A stretch of DNA of 32,000 bases from Thermocrinis albus DSM 14484 (GCF_000025605.1 NC_013894.1:77529-109528), one strand, 5' to 3'. Shown: positions 1 to 9,600, counted from the first letter of the stretch. Notes: generated by a model from the letters alone, not told the origin. Numbers and translations are program-made.

Positions 1-1506
1 GACCCTTACGACGAGCTTATGGAGTCCCTTATGGAAGATTACGAGAACTTTCTTAGAAGGAACGCTCTTATGGACTTCTCCTACTTGATGAAGAGGACTG
101 TGGAGTTTCTTGAACACTTTCCCCACGTAAAGGATCACTTTTCCTACGTGCTGGTGGACGAGTTTCAGGACACCAACACAGTCCAGTACTACATACTGAA
201 AGGAGTATCCCGTGAGAACGTGTGTGTAGTGGGGGATCCTAACTAGTGCATATACGAGTGGAGATATGCGAGGCCTGACAACATACTGAGATTTATAGAG
301 GACTTTAATCCGGATGTGGTTAAGCTGGAAATCAACTATAGATCAGGAGGGTATATCGTACAGGTGGCCAATGCGGTAGTGGCCTCCTCTGAAGTGGCAT
401 GGAAGGATCTTGTTCCTGTTTTGGTATCTGCCAAAGGTGAAGGTTCAAAACCTGTGGTCAGGAGGTTTGAAAGGGAGGACGAAGAAGCAAGTTGGATAGC
501 CAACAAGATAAAAGAACTCTCCCCGAGCTACCCCCTCTCCCGGATAGCTATACTGGTGAGAACCAGCTACGTGACAGAAGCCATAGAGAGAGCTCTCTTT
601 TCCGCCCGTATACCCTACAAGGTGGTTGGGACCTTGCGTTTCTTTGAGAGGGCAGAGGTGAAGGACGTTCTCTCACCCTTCATGATACTGGCCAACAGAA
701 GTAACAGTGTGGCCTTTCGTAGATTTCTCCAGGCCTTCTCCCAAAATCTGGGAGATAAGTCTTGGGAGAAGATACAAGCCTTTTACAAAGGTGACTGGAT
801 AGAGGCCTCCCAGATGGCTCTGAAGCATCTGAGACCATCCGCTGCTCAGAGTTTGCACCACCTTATAGTTCTCCTGAGAATCCTTCAGAAGAACATAGAG
901 GACTATCCCACCGCTTTGGAGAACTTTCTAGACGCTGTTGGTTACATGGAAGACCTATCAGAAGAAAGACGGAAGAATGTCCAAGAGCTTTTGCTGTATC
1001 TGAAAGCCAGAAAAAGAGAAGGTTACAGCTGGGAGGACGTGGTGGAAGAAGTTACACTCTTGTCAGGAGAAGAAGAAGAACAGGATGCGGTGCGCATTAT
1101 GACTATCCACGCCAGCAAAGGCCTTGAGTTTGATGTGGTGTTTTTACCAAGACTTGAGGAGGGGATACTGCCTCACGAAAAGTCTATAGAGGAGGATCGT
1201 CTGGAAGAAGAGAGGCGACTCTTCTACGTGGGTATAACCCGTGCCAGAGAACTTCTCTTTATGAGTTACACACGAGAGAAATCAAAGCCAAGTAGGTTCC
1301 TCTCCTGCATACCCAAAAACCTGCTGGATCTTTCTGCCTTCGTTAAGAAAGAAAAGGGACAGCTCACCTGGAGGGCGGGACAAAAAGTTCAACACCGTGT
1401 TTTCGGTATAGGCCATGTGGTGAGGGTAGAGGGGCCCAGGGTGATAGTGAGGTTCAAGGACGGAGAGAAAAGTATCTATTCTGCTTTCTTGGAACCCGTA
1501 GAGTAA
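1..1506 (+). pseudogene. UvrD/PcrA/Rep-family SF1 DNA helicase. 5' end lies outside the window. Interrupted by one in-frame TAG at 244-246.
   Basis: Frame 1 is open from nt 1 to 1506 except for TAG at 244-246. Track ORFs 19..246 and 316..1506 share this frame. Motifs read in the translation: II LVDEFQDTN, III VGDPN*CIYEWRYA, NYRS, TIHASKGLEF, LFYVGITRAR, and a C-terminal GQKVQHRVFGIG tail typical of UvrD/PcrA. Confidence 0.85.
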
Positions 1507-1509
1507 AAT
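1504..1509 (+). promoter_or_regulatory. -10-like hexamer TAAAAT, 7 nt upstream of the micro-ORF ATG
   Basis: TAAAAT overlaps the helicase TAA stop. The 7-nt spacer ttttaac has no Shine-Dalgarno. The geometry matches other first-in-operon genes in this window. Confidence 0.35.
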
Positions 1510-1516
1510 TTTTAAC

Positions 1517-1618
1517 ATGGACGTAGTGGTTTACTTGGTAGGTCTTGCAGGTTTCACGGGACTGATTATGGGTATTCTGTGGTGGTACGGTAGATTTATG
1601 GGCGGAAAGAGAACATGA
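1517..1618 (+). CDS. Unannotated 33-aa single-pass membrane peptide (MDVVVYLVGLAGFTGLIMGILWWYGRFMGGKRT)
   Basis: ATG start and TGA stop. The stop overlaps the corA ATG (ACATGA, 1613-1618). One hydrophobic helix is followed by a basic tail. It fills an otherwise empty 108-nt gap in a genome with almost no spacers. It falls below the 60-aa cutoff of the ORF track. Confidence 0.45.
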   Translation: MDVVVYLVGLAGFTGLIMGILWWYGRFMGGKRT

Positions 1619-2556
1619 TAAAACTCTACGTTAACGAGAGCTTGGGGTTCACCGAGCGTTCCATAGACGAGTTTACGGAAGTTCCGAAGGACAGGGTGGT
1701 GTGGCTGGACGTGGAAAATCCCACCGAAGAGGAGATAAAGTGGTTGAGCAGTACCATAGGGTTTCAGATGCCACCGAGAGAGGTCTTCGGTGATATAGAA
1801 ATCAGCAGCAAGTACAGAGAAGAGGGAGAGTCCATCTACATGAGTTTATCCTTTGTGGTGCAACAGAAGGATGACATAAAGGTGGAACCTGTTCTCTTCT
1901 TCATAAAGGGAAGGTATATAGCCACTCTTCGGTATAGGGACATACCCACTCTCCTCATATTCCTCGGAAGAGCTCAAAGTCAACGGTTGTTCTTTCAGTT
2001 TGCTGAGTCAGTTTTTGCAGAGATAGTAAAGATAGAGGTAGACAGAATAGGGGACAGGCTGGAGATACTGGGAAGACGTATAAGAAATCTGAGAAAGGAG
2101 ATCCTTCAGGAGCAGTCTCAGGAGGTGGTGAAGGACATATCCTACTACGATGAGCTCAACATCACCCTCAGAGAGTCCATAAACGAGAAACTGCGTGTTC
2201 TGTCCCACTTTGTAAAGAGCCCTCGGGTGAACGCTCAAACCAAGAGGGATATAAAGACGGCCATAGATGACCTCAGCACTCTTCTGGACTACACGGGCTT
2301 TTATATGCACAAGATAGACAGCATCCAGAACACCCTGTTAGGTCTCATATCCGTAAAGCAGAACGAAGCGGTCAAAGTTTTTACCGTGCTGGCTACCGTA
2401 TTTTTACCTGCTACCCTCATAGCCAGTATATACGGCATGAACTTCAAACACATGCCTGAGCTGGAGTGGAGATATGGTTATCCCTACGCTTTGGGTCTTA
2501 TGGTGTTGGTAACCGTTGCCTTACTTCTGTGGACCAAAAAAAAGGGATGGCTCTGA
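1615..2556 (+). CDS. corA: CorA-family Mg2+/Co2+ transporter
   Basis: 313 aa. Signature YGMNF (GMN motif) lies between two C-terminal TM helices, preceded by a large soluble N-terminal domain. Confidence 0.92.
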   Translation: MIKLYVNESLGFTERSIDEFTEVPKDRVVWLDVENPTEEEIKWLSSTIGFQMPPREVFGDIEISSKYREEGESIYMSLSFVVQQKDDIKVEPVLFFIKGRYIATLRYRDIPTLLIFLGRAQSQRLFFQFAESVFAEIVKIEVDRIGDRLEILGRRIRNLRKEILQEQSQEVVKDISYYDELNITLRESINEKLRVLSHFVKSPRVNAQTKRDIKTAIDDLSTLLDYTGFYMHKIDSIQNTLLGLISVKQNEAVKVFTVLATVFLPATLIASIYGMNFKHMPELEWRYGYPYALGLMVLVTVALLLWTKKKGWL

Positions 2557-3419
2557 GGAGAATAAAAGGGGTAGACATAGGTGGGACCTTCGTTAAAGTG
2601 GTTCATCACGACGGTAGAAGAGAGAAGTTCTACGTGCATCACTTAGTGACAGATAGAGAAGCCTTTCTACGGGAGATAAAGAGGATAGTGGATGACGGCA
2701 GACCTGAGGTGGTGGGTGTAGCTGTGGCGGGTTTTACATCCACCCATGGTGTAGTGGACAGATCTCCCAACATACCCGCTTTGGACGGTGTGAACCTCAG
2801 GGAGTTTTTAGAAGAAGATGGGCGAAAGGTGATAGTGATGAACGACGTGACAGCTGGGGCTTATGGCGAATGGTTCTATCATCACACCGACAGCAAGGTT
2901 CTCCTTCTCGTGGCTATAGGAACCGGTCTGGGTGCAGGTCTCGTGATAGATGGGAGGCCCTTTCTTGGTGCGTGTGGCAGTGCTCTTGAACTGGGTCACC
3001 ACATACTGGAAAAGGACGGACAGCAGTGTCACTGTGGAAGGAGAGGATGTTGGGAAGCTTACTGTTCTTCCTATGGCCTTGAGAACATCTACAGAAGACT
3101 CACTGGGGAGCATCTTCATCACACTGAGATAGTAAAGGTGGCACTACAGGGTGAAGAAAAGGCTCTAGAAAGCGTACAGATCATGTTGGACTACATGGTA
3201 ACTGGTATTATGAACGCTCTTCACCTCTTTAACCCAGATAGGGTGGTTCTGGCAGGTGGTATGGTGGAGGCCCTGAAACCATGGCTGGGTAATCTGGAAG
3301 AGGAGGTAAGGAAACGTGCCGAGAAACTACCTGCTAACTGCTTTAGTCTTCACTTCTCTTCCGAGGGGGAGTTTTGCATGGCGTTGGGTGCCCTTGCTCT
3401 CGCACAGGATCATATTTGA
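2547..3419 (+). CDS. ROK-family sugar kinase (glucokinase-like)
   Basis: N-terminal GVDIGGTFVKV ATP-binding motif. ROK zinc motif HHILEKDGQQCHCGRRGCWEAY. I prefer the start at ATG 2547 (MALRRIKGVDIGG); the track start 2466 would lie inside the corA TM region. Confidence 0.85.
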   Translation: MALRRIKGVDIGGTFVKVVHHDGRREKFYVHHLVTDREAFLREIKRIVDDGRPEVVGVAVAGFTSTHGVVDRSPNIPALDGVNLREFLEEDGRKVIVMNDVTAGAYGEWFYHHTDSKVLLLVAIGTGLGAGLVIDGRPFLGACGSALELGHHILEKDGQQCHCGRRGCWEAYCSSYGLENIYRRLTGEHLHHTEIVKVALQGEEKALESVQIMLDYMVTGIMNALHLFNPDRVVLAGGMVEALKPWLGNLEEEVRKRAEKLPANCFSLHFSSEGEFCMALGALALAQDHI

Positions 3420-3424
3420 ATGTT

Positions 3425-4360
3425 ATGGAGATAAGGCGTGTAGAGGGGGTTTTTCTGGAGCATGCCATAGATACATCTCAGGGGTATAGAGCACAGGAGG
3501 CATCGTCCCATCTTAGGATAAAACTGGCGTCCACTGTACCTGAAGTACTCCTGAGTGCGTTAAGGGATGGGAGCATAAGAGGTCGTGTTCTCGATGTGAA
3601 GGGAGGAGTCATCAGGATACTCTTGGAAGGAGGGTACGAGATAATGGCCAACAACAAACTCTCCATTGATCTAAGGGTGGGTGATCTTCTGGACATGATG
3701 GTAGAGAGAGGTACGGAGAGCGTGGTGTTACGGGTTGTAAAGCTCATAAGGTTTCAGGGTGCACCATCTCTAATGGAGTTTATCCTCCAACCACCAACCG
3801 CGTGGGTTCACTGGAGAGGTGAGGATCTGAGGAGTTTTCTGTGGAATTCTGGCATCTTTTACGAAAAAAAGCTTGTCAAGCTTCTGCTGGGAGACATAAA
3901 ACCGGAAGAACTGATGGAAGATGCAAAAGCCAAGCTTATCTTATCCGGTTCGAAGGAAGGAGTGAAAGCGGTGCAGGCTGCTCAATGGGTTATGGCCCAG
4001 CACGGTGTCCTTGTGGTAAGCTGGGAGATGGATGAGGAGGGAGAAAGAAGAGGCTACATTTTTTTAAAAGCGGATGATCAGTACAGGGTAATGGTGGACC
4101 TGAGAACTGGAGTAGGACGCCTTCTGGTGCTTGTGCAAGCACCACGCAAGGATGACATACCGTGGGTTCGCGTCACCTTCGTCACACCCTCCCAGTATCT
4201 CATGGAAAAATTGGAGTCCTCGCTGGAGGATCTAAGGTCTATGCTGAGGGAGGAAGGTGTGGAGCTCAGAGATCTACAGGTGAAGCCGTGCTCCGAGGAG
4301 GAGATCCCCTTCATCATGAGGGATTTTCTGCCCGATAGTGGTATACATATGGTGGTTTAA
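3425..4360 (+). CDS. Hypothetical protein with a FliK-like (hook-length-control, Flg_hook-type) C-terminal region
   Basis: 312 aa from ATG 3425, just after the ROK stop. The C-terminal segment YIFLKADDQYRVMVDLRTGVGRLLVLVQAP..VRVTFVTPSQYLMEKLESSLEDLRSMLREEGVELRDLQV resembles the FliK C-terminal domain pattern as I remember it. It sits directly upstream of an FlhB-C-terminal-like gene, a pairing seen in other genomes. Confidence 0.5.
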   Translation: MEIRRVEGVFLEHAIDTSQGYRAQEASSHLRIKLASTVPEVLLSALRDGSIRGRVLDVKGGVIRILLEGGYEIMANNKLSIDLRVGDLLDMMVERGTESVVLRVVKLIRFQGAPSLMEFILQPPTAWVHWRGEDLRSFLWNSGIFYEKKLVKLLLGDIKPEELMEDAKAKLILSGSKEGVKAVQAAQWVMAQHGVLVVSWEMDEEGERRGYIFLKADDQYRVMVDLRTGVGRLLVLVQAPRKDDIPWVRVTFVTPSQYLMEKLESSLEDLRSMLREEGVELRDLQVKPCSEEEIPFIMRDFLPDSGIHMVV

Positions 4361-4363
4361 GCT

Positions 4364-4627
4364 GTGGAGAGAAAGAAGGCGGTAGCTCTGAGGTACCATC
4401 AGGAAAAGGACAGGGCACCAGTGGTGGTAGCCAAGGGTATGGGGGACGTAGCGGAGAAGATACTTCAGTTGGCTAAAGAATACGGTGTTCCTGTAGTGGA
4501 GGATCCACAGCTGGTCACCGCTCTCATGGGGGTGGAGCTTCTGGAGGAGATACCACCCCGCCTTTATAGAGCAGTGGCCCAAATCCTTCTGTTTGTTAGG
4601 AAAGTTACGCAACAAAAAGGCTCTTGA
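4364..4627 (+). CDS. Stand-alone FlhB/EscU/YscU C-terminal-domain-like protein (87 aa)
   Basis: GTG start. The sequence KKAVALRYHQEKDRAPVVVAKGMGDVAEKILQLAKEYGVPVVEDPQLVTAL..IPPRLYRAVAQILLFV matches the part of FlhB that follows the NPTH autocleavage site. There are no TM segments and no NPTH. Confidence 0.8.
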   Translation: MERKKAVALRYHQEKDRAPVVVAKGMGDVAEKILQLAKEYGVPVVEDPQLVTALMGVELLEEIPPRLYRAVAQILLFVRKVTQQKGS

Positions 4628-5693
4628 TGAACTTCTTCCAACCCTTTCTGTAGAGGCTCCTGTAGCTTTCCTCTCCTCTCAAAAGCATGTAAAAGAGGTC
4701 CAATCCACCTAAGGATCCCATTCTGAAGGCTGTCTTCTGGAAACGGTACGCCAGTCTAGCTATCTTTCCCGCATATATAAGATCATCAACAGTAGACCTG
4801 AGGAGTTCTCTGTAGAGGGTAGAAGGATGGGAGGGAGACTCCACCACAGCTCTGCCAGCTAGTTGACCGCTCTTTATAGCGTAGTAGATACCTTCTCCCA
4901 AAAGGGGATCCACGAGACCGGCAGCGTCACCCACCAAAAGCACCCTCTCCTTACCTAAGCTCACGTCATCCCATCCTTCCGCGTAAGGTATGTGCCAGCC
5001 GAGGACCTTTTGTGGAACCCTCTCTGTGATGTAAGAGGAGTATTCCAAAAAAGTCTTCATGAGGTCTTCCTTTTCCGCCGTTGCCATCCCTACACTGGCA
5101 CCTTCTCCCTTAGGAAAGACCCACCCGTACCCCCTCTTTACAAAACCTATGTCTATCCTTACCTCGTCACCACCGTATGACTCCAAGAAAAACTCAACAG
5201 ATCTGAACAACTTCCGTTTTCTGTAACCTAAGAGACGCGCCACCTTAGAGTGAACACCGTCGGCACCTACCAAAAAGTCACAAATTATCGTCCTTCTGTT
5301 GGTCACAACTCGGTAAGAACCCCTTTCCTCTTGGAAAGTCAAAAACTCTTCTTCCTGCAAGAGATCTACCCCCTCCTCTAGAGCCTTTTCTACCAAAAAT
5401 AGGTCAAAATCCCTCCTGTCCACTATAAAGGCTATATCATCCTTCGCACGTAGGTGTGTCTCCAGGCCTCCTTTAAAACCCAGAATACCACCCCTTATGG
5501 TGTTCAGGACCTTTTTTCTCCATCCTTCAGGCAATAGAGTGCTAGTTCTCGCAGAGAGACAGCCTGCACACAGTTTGAATCTGGGAAGGGTTTTCCTTTC
5601 TATCAGAAGGACTTTCAGACCTTTTTGAGCCAACGATCGTGCTGCCGAGGAACCACCAGGACCAGCACCTATCACCACAGCATCGTAACGCAT
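4605..5693 (-). CDS. Geranylgeranyl-reductase-family FAD-dependent oxidoreductase
   Basis: N-terminal dinucleotide fold YDAVVIGAGPGGSSAARSLAQKGLKVLLIERK. Length and the internal GDAAG motif (LLVGDAAGLVDP) are typical of the family. ATG 5693 is preferred; GTG 5696 is also possible. It overlaps the upstream regulator stop. Confidence 0.85.
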   Translation of the reverse strand: MRYDAVVIGAGPGGSSAARSLAQKGLKVLLIERKTLPRFKLCAGCLSARTSTLLPEGWRKKVLNTIRGGILGFKGGLETHLRAKDDIAFIVDRRDFDLFLVEKALEEGVDLLQEEEFLTFQEERGSYRVVTNRRTIICDFLVGADGVHSKVARLLGYRKRKLFRSVEFFLESYGGDEVRIDIGFVKRGYGWVFPKGEGASVGMATAEKEDLMKTFLEYSSYITERVPQKVLGWHIPYAEGWDDVSLGKERVLLVGDAAGLVDPLLGEGIYYAIKSGQLAGRAVVESPSHPSTLYRELLRSTVDDLIYAGKIARLAYRFQKTAFRMGSLGGLDLFYMLLRGEESYRSLYRKGWKKFIKSLFVA

Positions 5694-6247
5694 CACAGCT
5701 TTAACTGAACAGGTGTTCCCCTCTTCATTATCTCCTCCACCGCCTTCACAGCACCCTCAAAGTTGAGGACCCTACCCCCAAAACCCTTGGCAAATCGCCT
5801 TGCATCTTCTATTCTTTCAAAGGCCAAAGCAGAAGGACTACAACACACCTCCGCAGAAGATCCCACCACGTACCACGCAGTGAAACAGTTTATCAGCTTA
5901 CCTGTTATAAAATCCTTAGTCATACAGGCCAGTATGTCTTTCCCTTCCAACTCTCTGTAGAGAAGAAGACCGCAATGGGCACAGCAGGCTCTTATCCTCC
6001 TTCCACCTACCCTGTAGACCATCTCCAGTCTGTTCTCTACACTTTTTCCACAGAAAGAACAGTGCCCGTCATCTTGCTCTTCTTTAAGGCGAACCTCCCC
6101 ATGCTTTCTTACTACTCTTCCCTCTAACTCCAACTCCTTTATGTCCCTGTAGACGGTCATGAGAGAAACCCCTAACTTCTGGGCCAGGGACTTTACGTTG
6201 GTGTGCCCCTCCTCTATCAACTGCAGGATCCTCTCCTTCCTTCCCAT
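5693..6247 (-). CDS. DeoR-type HTH regulator fused to a Cys-rich TRASH-like / NosL-like putative metal-binding domain
   Basis: N-terminal ERILQLIEEGHTNVKSLAQKLGVSLMTVYRDIKELELEG is a DeoR-type HTH. It is followed by CSFCGKSV-X-ACCAHC, which fits the C-X2-C-X21-C-X3-C TRASH spacing. The C-terminal AWYVVGSSAEVCCSPSALAFERIEDARRFAKGFGGRVLNF is reminiscent of NosL-family proteins. Confidence 0.65.
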   Translation of the reverse strand: MGRKERILQLIEEGHTNVKSLAQKLGVSLMTVYRDIKELELEGRVVRKHGEVRLKEEQDDGHCSFCGKSVENRLEMVYRVGGRRIRACCAHCGLLLYRELEGKDILACMTKDFITGKLINCFTAWYVVGSSAEVCCSPSALAFERIEDARRFAKGFGGRVLNFEGAVKAVEEIMKRGTPVQLKL

Positions 6248-6270
6248 AATCTGTTAAATTAACGAAAAAT

Positions 6271-6675
6271 TTAGTCAAAGAAGACGAGCCTTATCATCCA
6301 CCCCGTTATGAACTGGACCATTGCCAAGAAGAGTCCGAGAAAAGCCAACATAAAACCCAGCTTACCCGCCTTATCTTCCTTAAACCAGAAATAGACAAAG
6401 GTCAGAAGAGAGAAGATAAGGAGAAGGACACCGTTCCACTGGTGGGGAAATCCCCACAACCAGGGTACTTTGGACTGTACGAGAGGAACACCAGCCACCG
6501 AGAAGCCTGTAAGGACAGAGAAAAGGGCCAACACCAGAAGGAGAAGGTTGCTGTACAGGGCATACCTCACAGCAGGTGTGTTTCTCAGAAGGCTGGTGCC
6601 CAGCAGGTACAGTACAAAGGTGAGAACAGCTACCATCAGGGTGGTGTAAGCAAACAGAGGATGAAGGAATATCAT
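6271..6675 (-). CDS. Small integral membrane protein (about 4 TM helices), function unknown
   Basis: 134 aa, four hydrophobic segments. Conserved-looking His residues sit near the start of TM1 (HPLFAY) and before TM3 (FPHQWNG). Its start overlaps the reverse gyrase stop as ATGA (6672-6675). Confidence 0.7.
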   Translation of the reverse strand: MIFLHPLFAYTTLMVAVLTFVLYLLGTSLLRNTPAVRYALYSNLLLLVLALFSVLTGFSVAGVPLVQSKVPWLWGFPHQWNGVLLLIFSLLTFVYFWFKEDKAGKLGFMLAFLGLFLAMVQFITGWMIRLVFFD

Positions 6676-9600
6676 CTCGTCACCTCCATTATGGCCTCCA
6701 CCTTTATTATATCCCTATAAAGCCCTTTCAGAACTTCCTCGTAGTCGGCTTTGCCTTCTTCTACTCTGTCCATAACTTCCTCCAGTCTGCGTGTAAAGTC
6801 CTCAGATAGAAAGGCCTTTATCTCCTCCCTTTTCCTCAGATACTCGTATACCTTCTTACCCAACTTGGTGGGGATAAGAAAACCACGCTTCTCTATGACG
6901 TAACCTCTCTCCAGAAGTTTTTCCACTATGGTGGCGTAGGTGGATGGCCTTCCTATACCTCTCCTCTTCATCTCCTGCACCAGTTCTCCGTGAGTGTAAA
7001 GGTAAGCCTTCGGTTGTTTTTTCATCTGCTTCAGTTCTCTAACATCCAAGCGAGGAGGTATGTCTGGGTTCAGTTCTAAATCAAGAAACTTGTTCCAACC
7101 ATCTTGCAGAACATCCGTCACTAGCGACAACTCCACAGATCTGTCTAAGGCTTTTATCACCACATCTTTCACCTTCACTTTTACAGCTCTCGTCTGGCTG
7201 GCCATGAAGCGCCTGAATATAAGTTCGTACAGGAGGATATGTTCCTTTGTGAGACCCTCCACCTGTCCGCTTAACACCATGGACCGGAGTTCTTCGGGCT
7301 CTAAGGGTCTTGTGGGTCTTATACATTCGTGGGCTCCGCCTTCACCCCACTGTCTTGTGTGCACGTACTCCTTCCCTAACTCCTCCTCTATGTACTCTCT
7401 GGCTATAGACATACCGTAGTCGGACACCCTCACAGAGTCCGTTCTGTGATAGGTGATAAAACCCAGTTCAAAGAGAGTCTGCGCCAGTGCCATGGTTTTC
7501 GGTAGAGAGAACCTGTATCGGTCACTGGCCTCCTTAAGGAGAGTGTCGGTCCTGAAGGGGGGTGGTGGGTTTCTCAGCTCCTCCTTCTGATCCTTGACGG
7601 TTACTTCTATGTAACTAAGTTCTTTAAAGAAAGCCTCCGCTGTCTTTCTGTCCTCAAAGTCCAGCTCCAGTTTCAGCCTCCCTTTCTCGTCTCTTATGAG
7701 AACTTGAACCTTGTAGATTTTCTGACGGTACTCTTTTTCCCTCTCTATTATCCATCCCAGAACAGGTGTCTGGACCCTACCCGCAGAAAGCCAGCTCTTT
7801 CCAAAAGCCTGCTGAAGAATCTGAGAGAACTCAAAACCTACCCATCTGTCGGAAACGCGCCTCACTATCTGGGCCTTCACCAGATTCTCGTTTATGTCTC
7901 TGGGTTCTTTCAGTGCCCTCAAGATGGCCTTTTTGGTAACTTCGTGAAACTCCATCCTTCTTATACTGTGGTTGTAGGGTTTTAGGAGCTGCATAAGATC
8001 CCAACCTATCTTTTCACCTTCTGTATCTGGGTCGGTGGCTATAAGAACTTCCATACTCTCAGAGGCCATTCTGCGCAAACTCTCCACTACGTACTCCTTA
8101 CCTTCTATAACTTCGTACATGGGTGTAACGCCTTTCTCCATAAGGACACCGTGGAAACCACCTTCCTTAACGAGGTCCAGAACGTGGCCCAAGGAAGCTG
8201 TTATCATCAGATATCTGTCCTCCACAGATGTTTCCAGAAGATCATGCTGACCTACTCTCCTTCTCACCGCTTTCCCAAAGAAGTTGGCTATGGTTCGAGC
8301 TTTGTTGGGAGACTCCACCACTATCAGTACAGGTTTTAAAAGATCCGAGGAGCTCACCGATACGTCACCCTTCATAAAGGCTCTAACATTGGAACGATCC
8401 GCATCCACTTCTTCCATAATCTTCTCCACGTCCAGTCCTTCCACAGGTAAGAAGTTAATGTCGTCACTGAACCATCTGACCTTCTTCACAAGGTGGTGAA
8501 AAGCTTTTTTATCATCTACAAAAATAAGGCTGAAACCTTTTGTAACACCCCCTGCGTACATACGGGAAGTTCTACCGCTTGCCTGAAGATACCCCGTGGC
8601 ATCAGAAACCACCAACTGATATCCTTCCTCCGTCTTCCTCAGAGTTATCTCCTCAGATTCGGACATTATCCTCACCAACTCTTCGGAACTTAAAAACTCT
8701 CCTATCTGGCTCCTCAGCTGATCTAATCTCTCTTTTAGGTCTGGCCTCTCTTCCACAAACTCCTCCGTCAGGTACTGATACCTGCGTAACTGGGATATCC
8801 AGTTGTCCACCTTCTGCATGTGTTGAGGTAGCTTCTTCACTATGTAAGATCTTATAGAGGACAGAGCCCACAGAAGATGGGAAAGGTTTGTTTCGAACTT
8901 CAGAGAAATAACTATCTTAGGAACACCCAGAAAGAGAGCGTACCGTATCACATGAGGAAGGTCCAGTCCCCTGGCCAGAGGGTTCCTGTAGGAAGCTATT
9001 CCCACCAGCAGCTGGATCTTACCTTCCTCAAAGTCCTTTAAAGTTTCCTCCTTTAGTTCCTCGTAAGACACTGCAGATATACCCTCACCCCTCAGGATAT
9101 TTACAACCCTATCCACCTCTTCTTTACCTTTGTCGGAAGATACAAACAAGAGCCCTCCACCTCCCAGCCTCTTGACCCAGTCTAAGAAGTTGTGGGTACC
9201 TTCTTGATAGGCATCCACCACGTTACGCAGGTAAAAGGTGGGTGTTCCTACCTCAAAACCGAGAAGTTCTCTGAAGAGTTTGACCCTGTTGGATCTTGGG
9301 TTGGAAGTGGCTGAAGACACCACCAGAACACCCTCTCCCCTCTTCTCCATCAGTTTTTGACTTATCTCCTTTATCTTCTCCCAGTCTTCATCTGTCTTCT
9401 GGCGTTTTGTCTTAAGCTGTATCACCCTCATAGCCAGGTCTATATCTTCCTCTGAGAAACCCAAAAGGTACAGAGCTTTATCTACGTTTTTGGCGGTCTT
9501 AAGAAAGGAATCTACATCGTCCACAAAGATAAAGGAAAAACCCGAGGGTATATCCTGATAGTTCCTGTAAAGGAACATGGAGGTGGTCACCAACACTTTA

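Noticed and set aside
316-1506. Treating 316..1506 as an independent gene starting at GTG 316, with 19..246 as a separate small gene.
   Set aside because: Both ORFs are in the same frame and are separated only by one TAG. The conserved helicase motif III and the following RFIEDF..NYRS region span the supposed intergenic stretch, so this is one interrupted gene.
2466-2546. N-terminal extensions suggested by the longest-ORF track. These are ROK kinase from 2466, the FliK-like gene from 3374, acpP to 15460, pyrD from 15436, dsrE from 29641 and queD from 30540.
   Set aside because: The extensions overlap upstream genes or spacers and add non-homologous residues ahead of conserved N-termini. Internal ATG codons give canonical protein starts and typical 1-4 nt overlaps.
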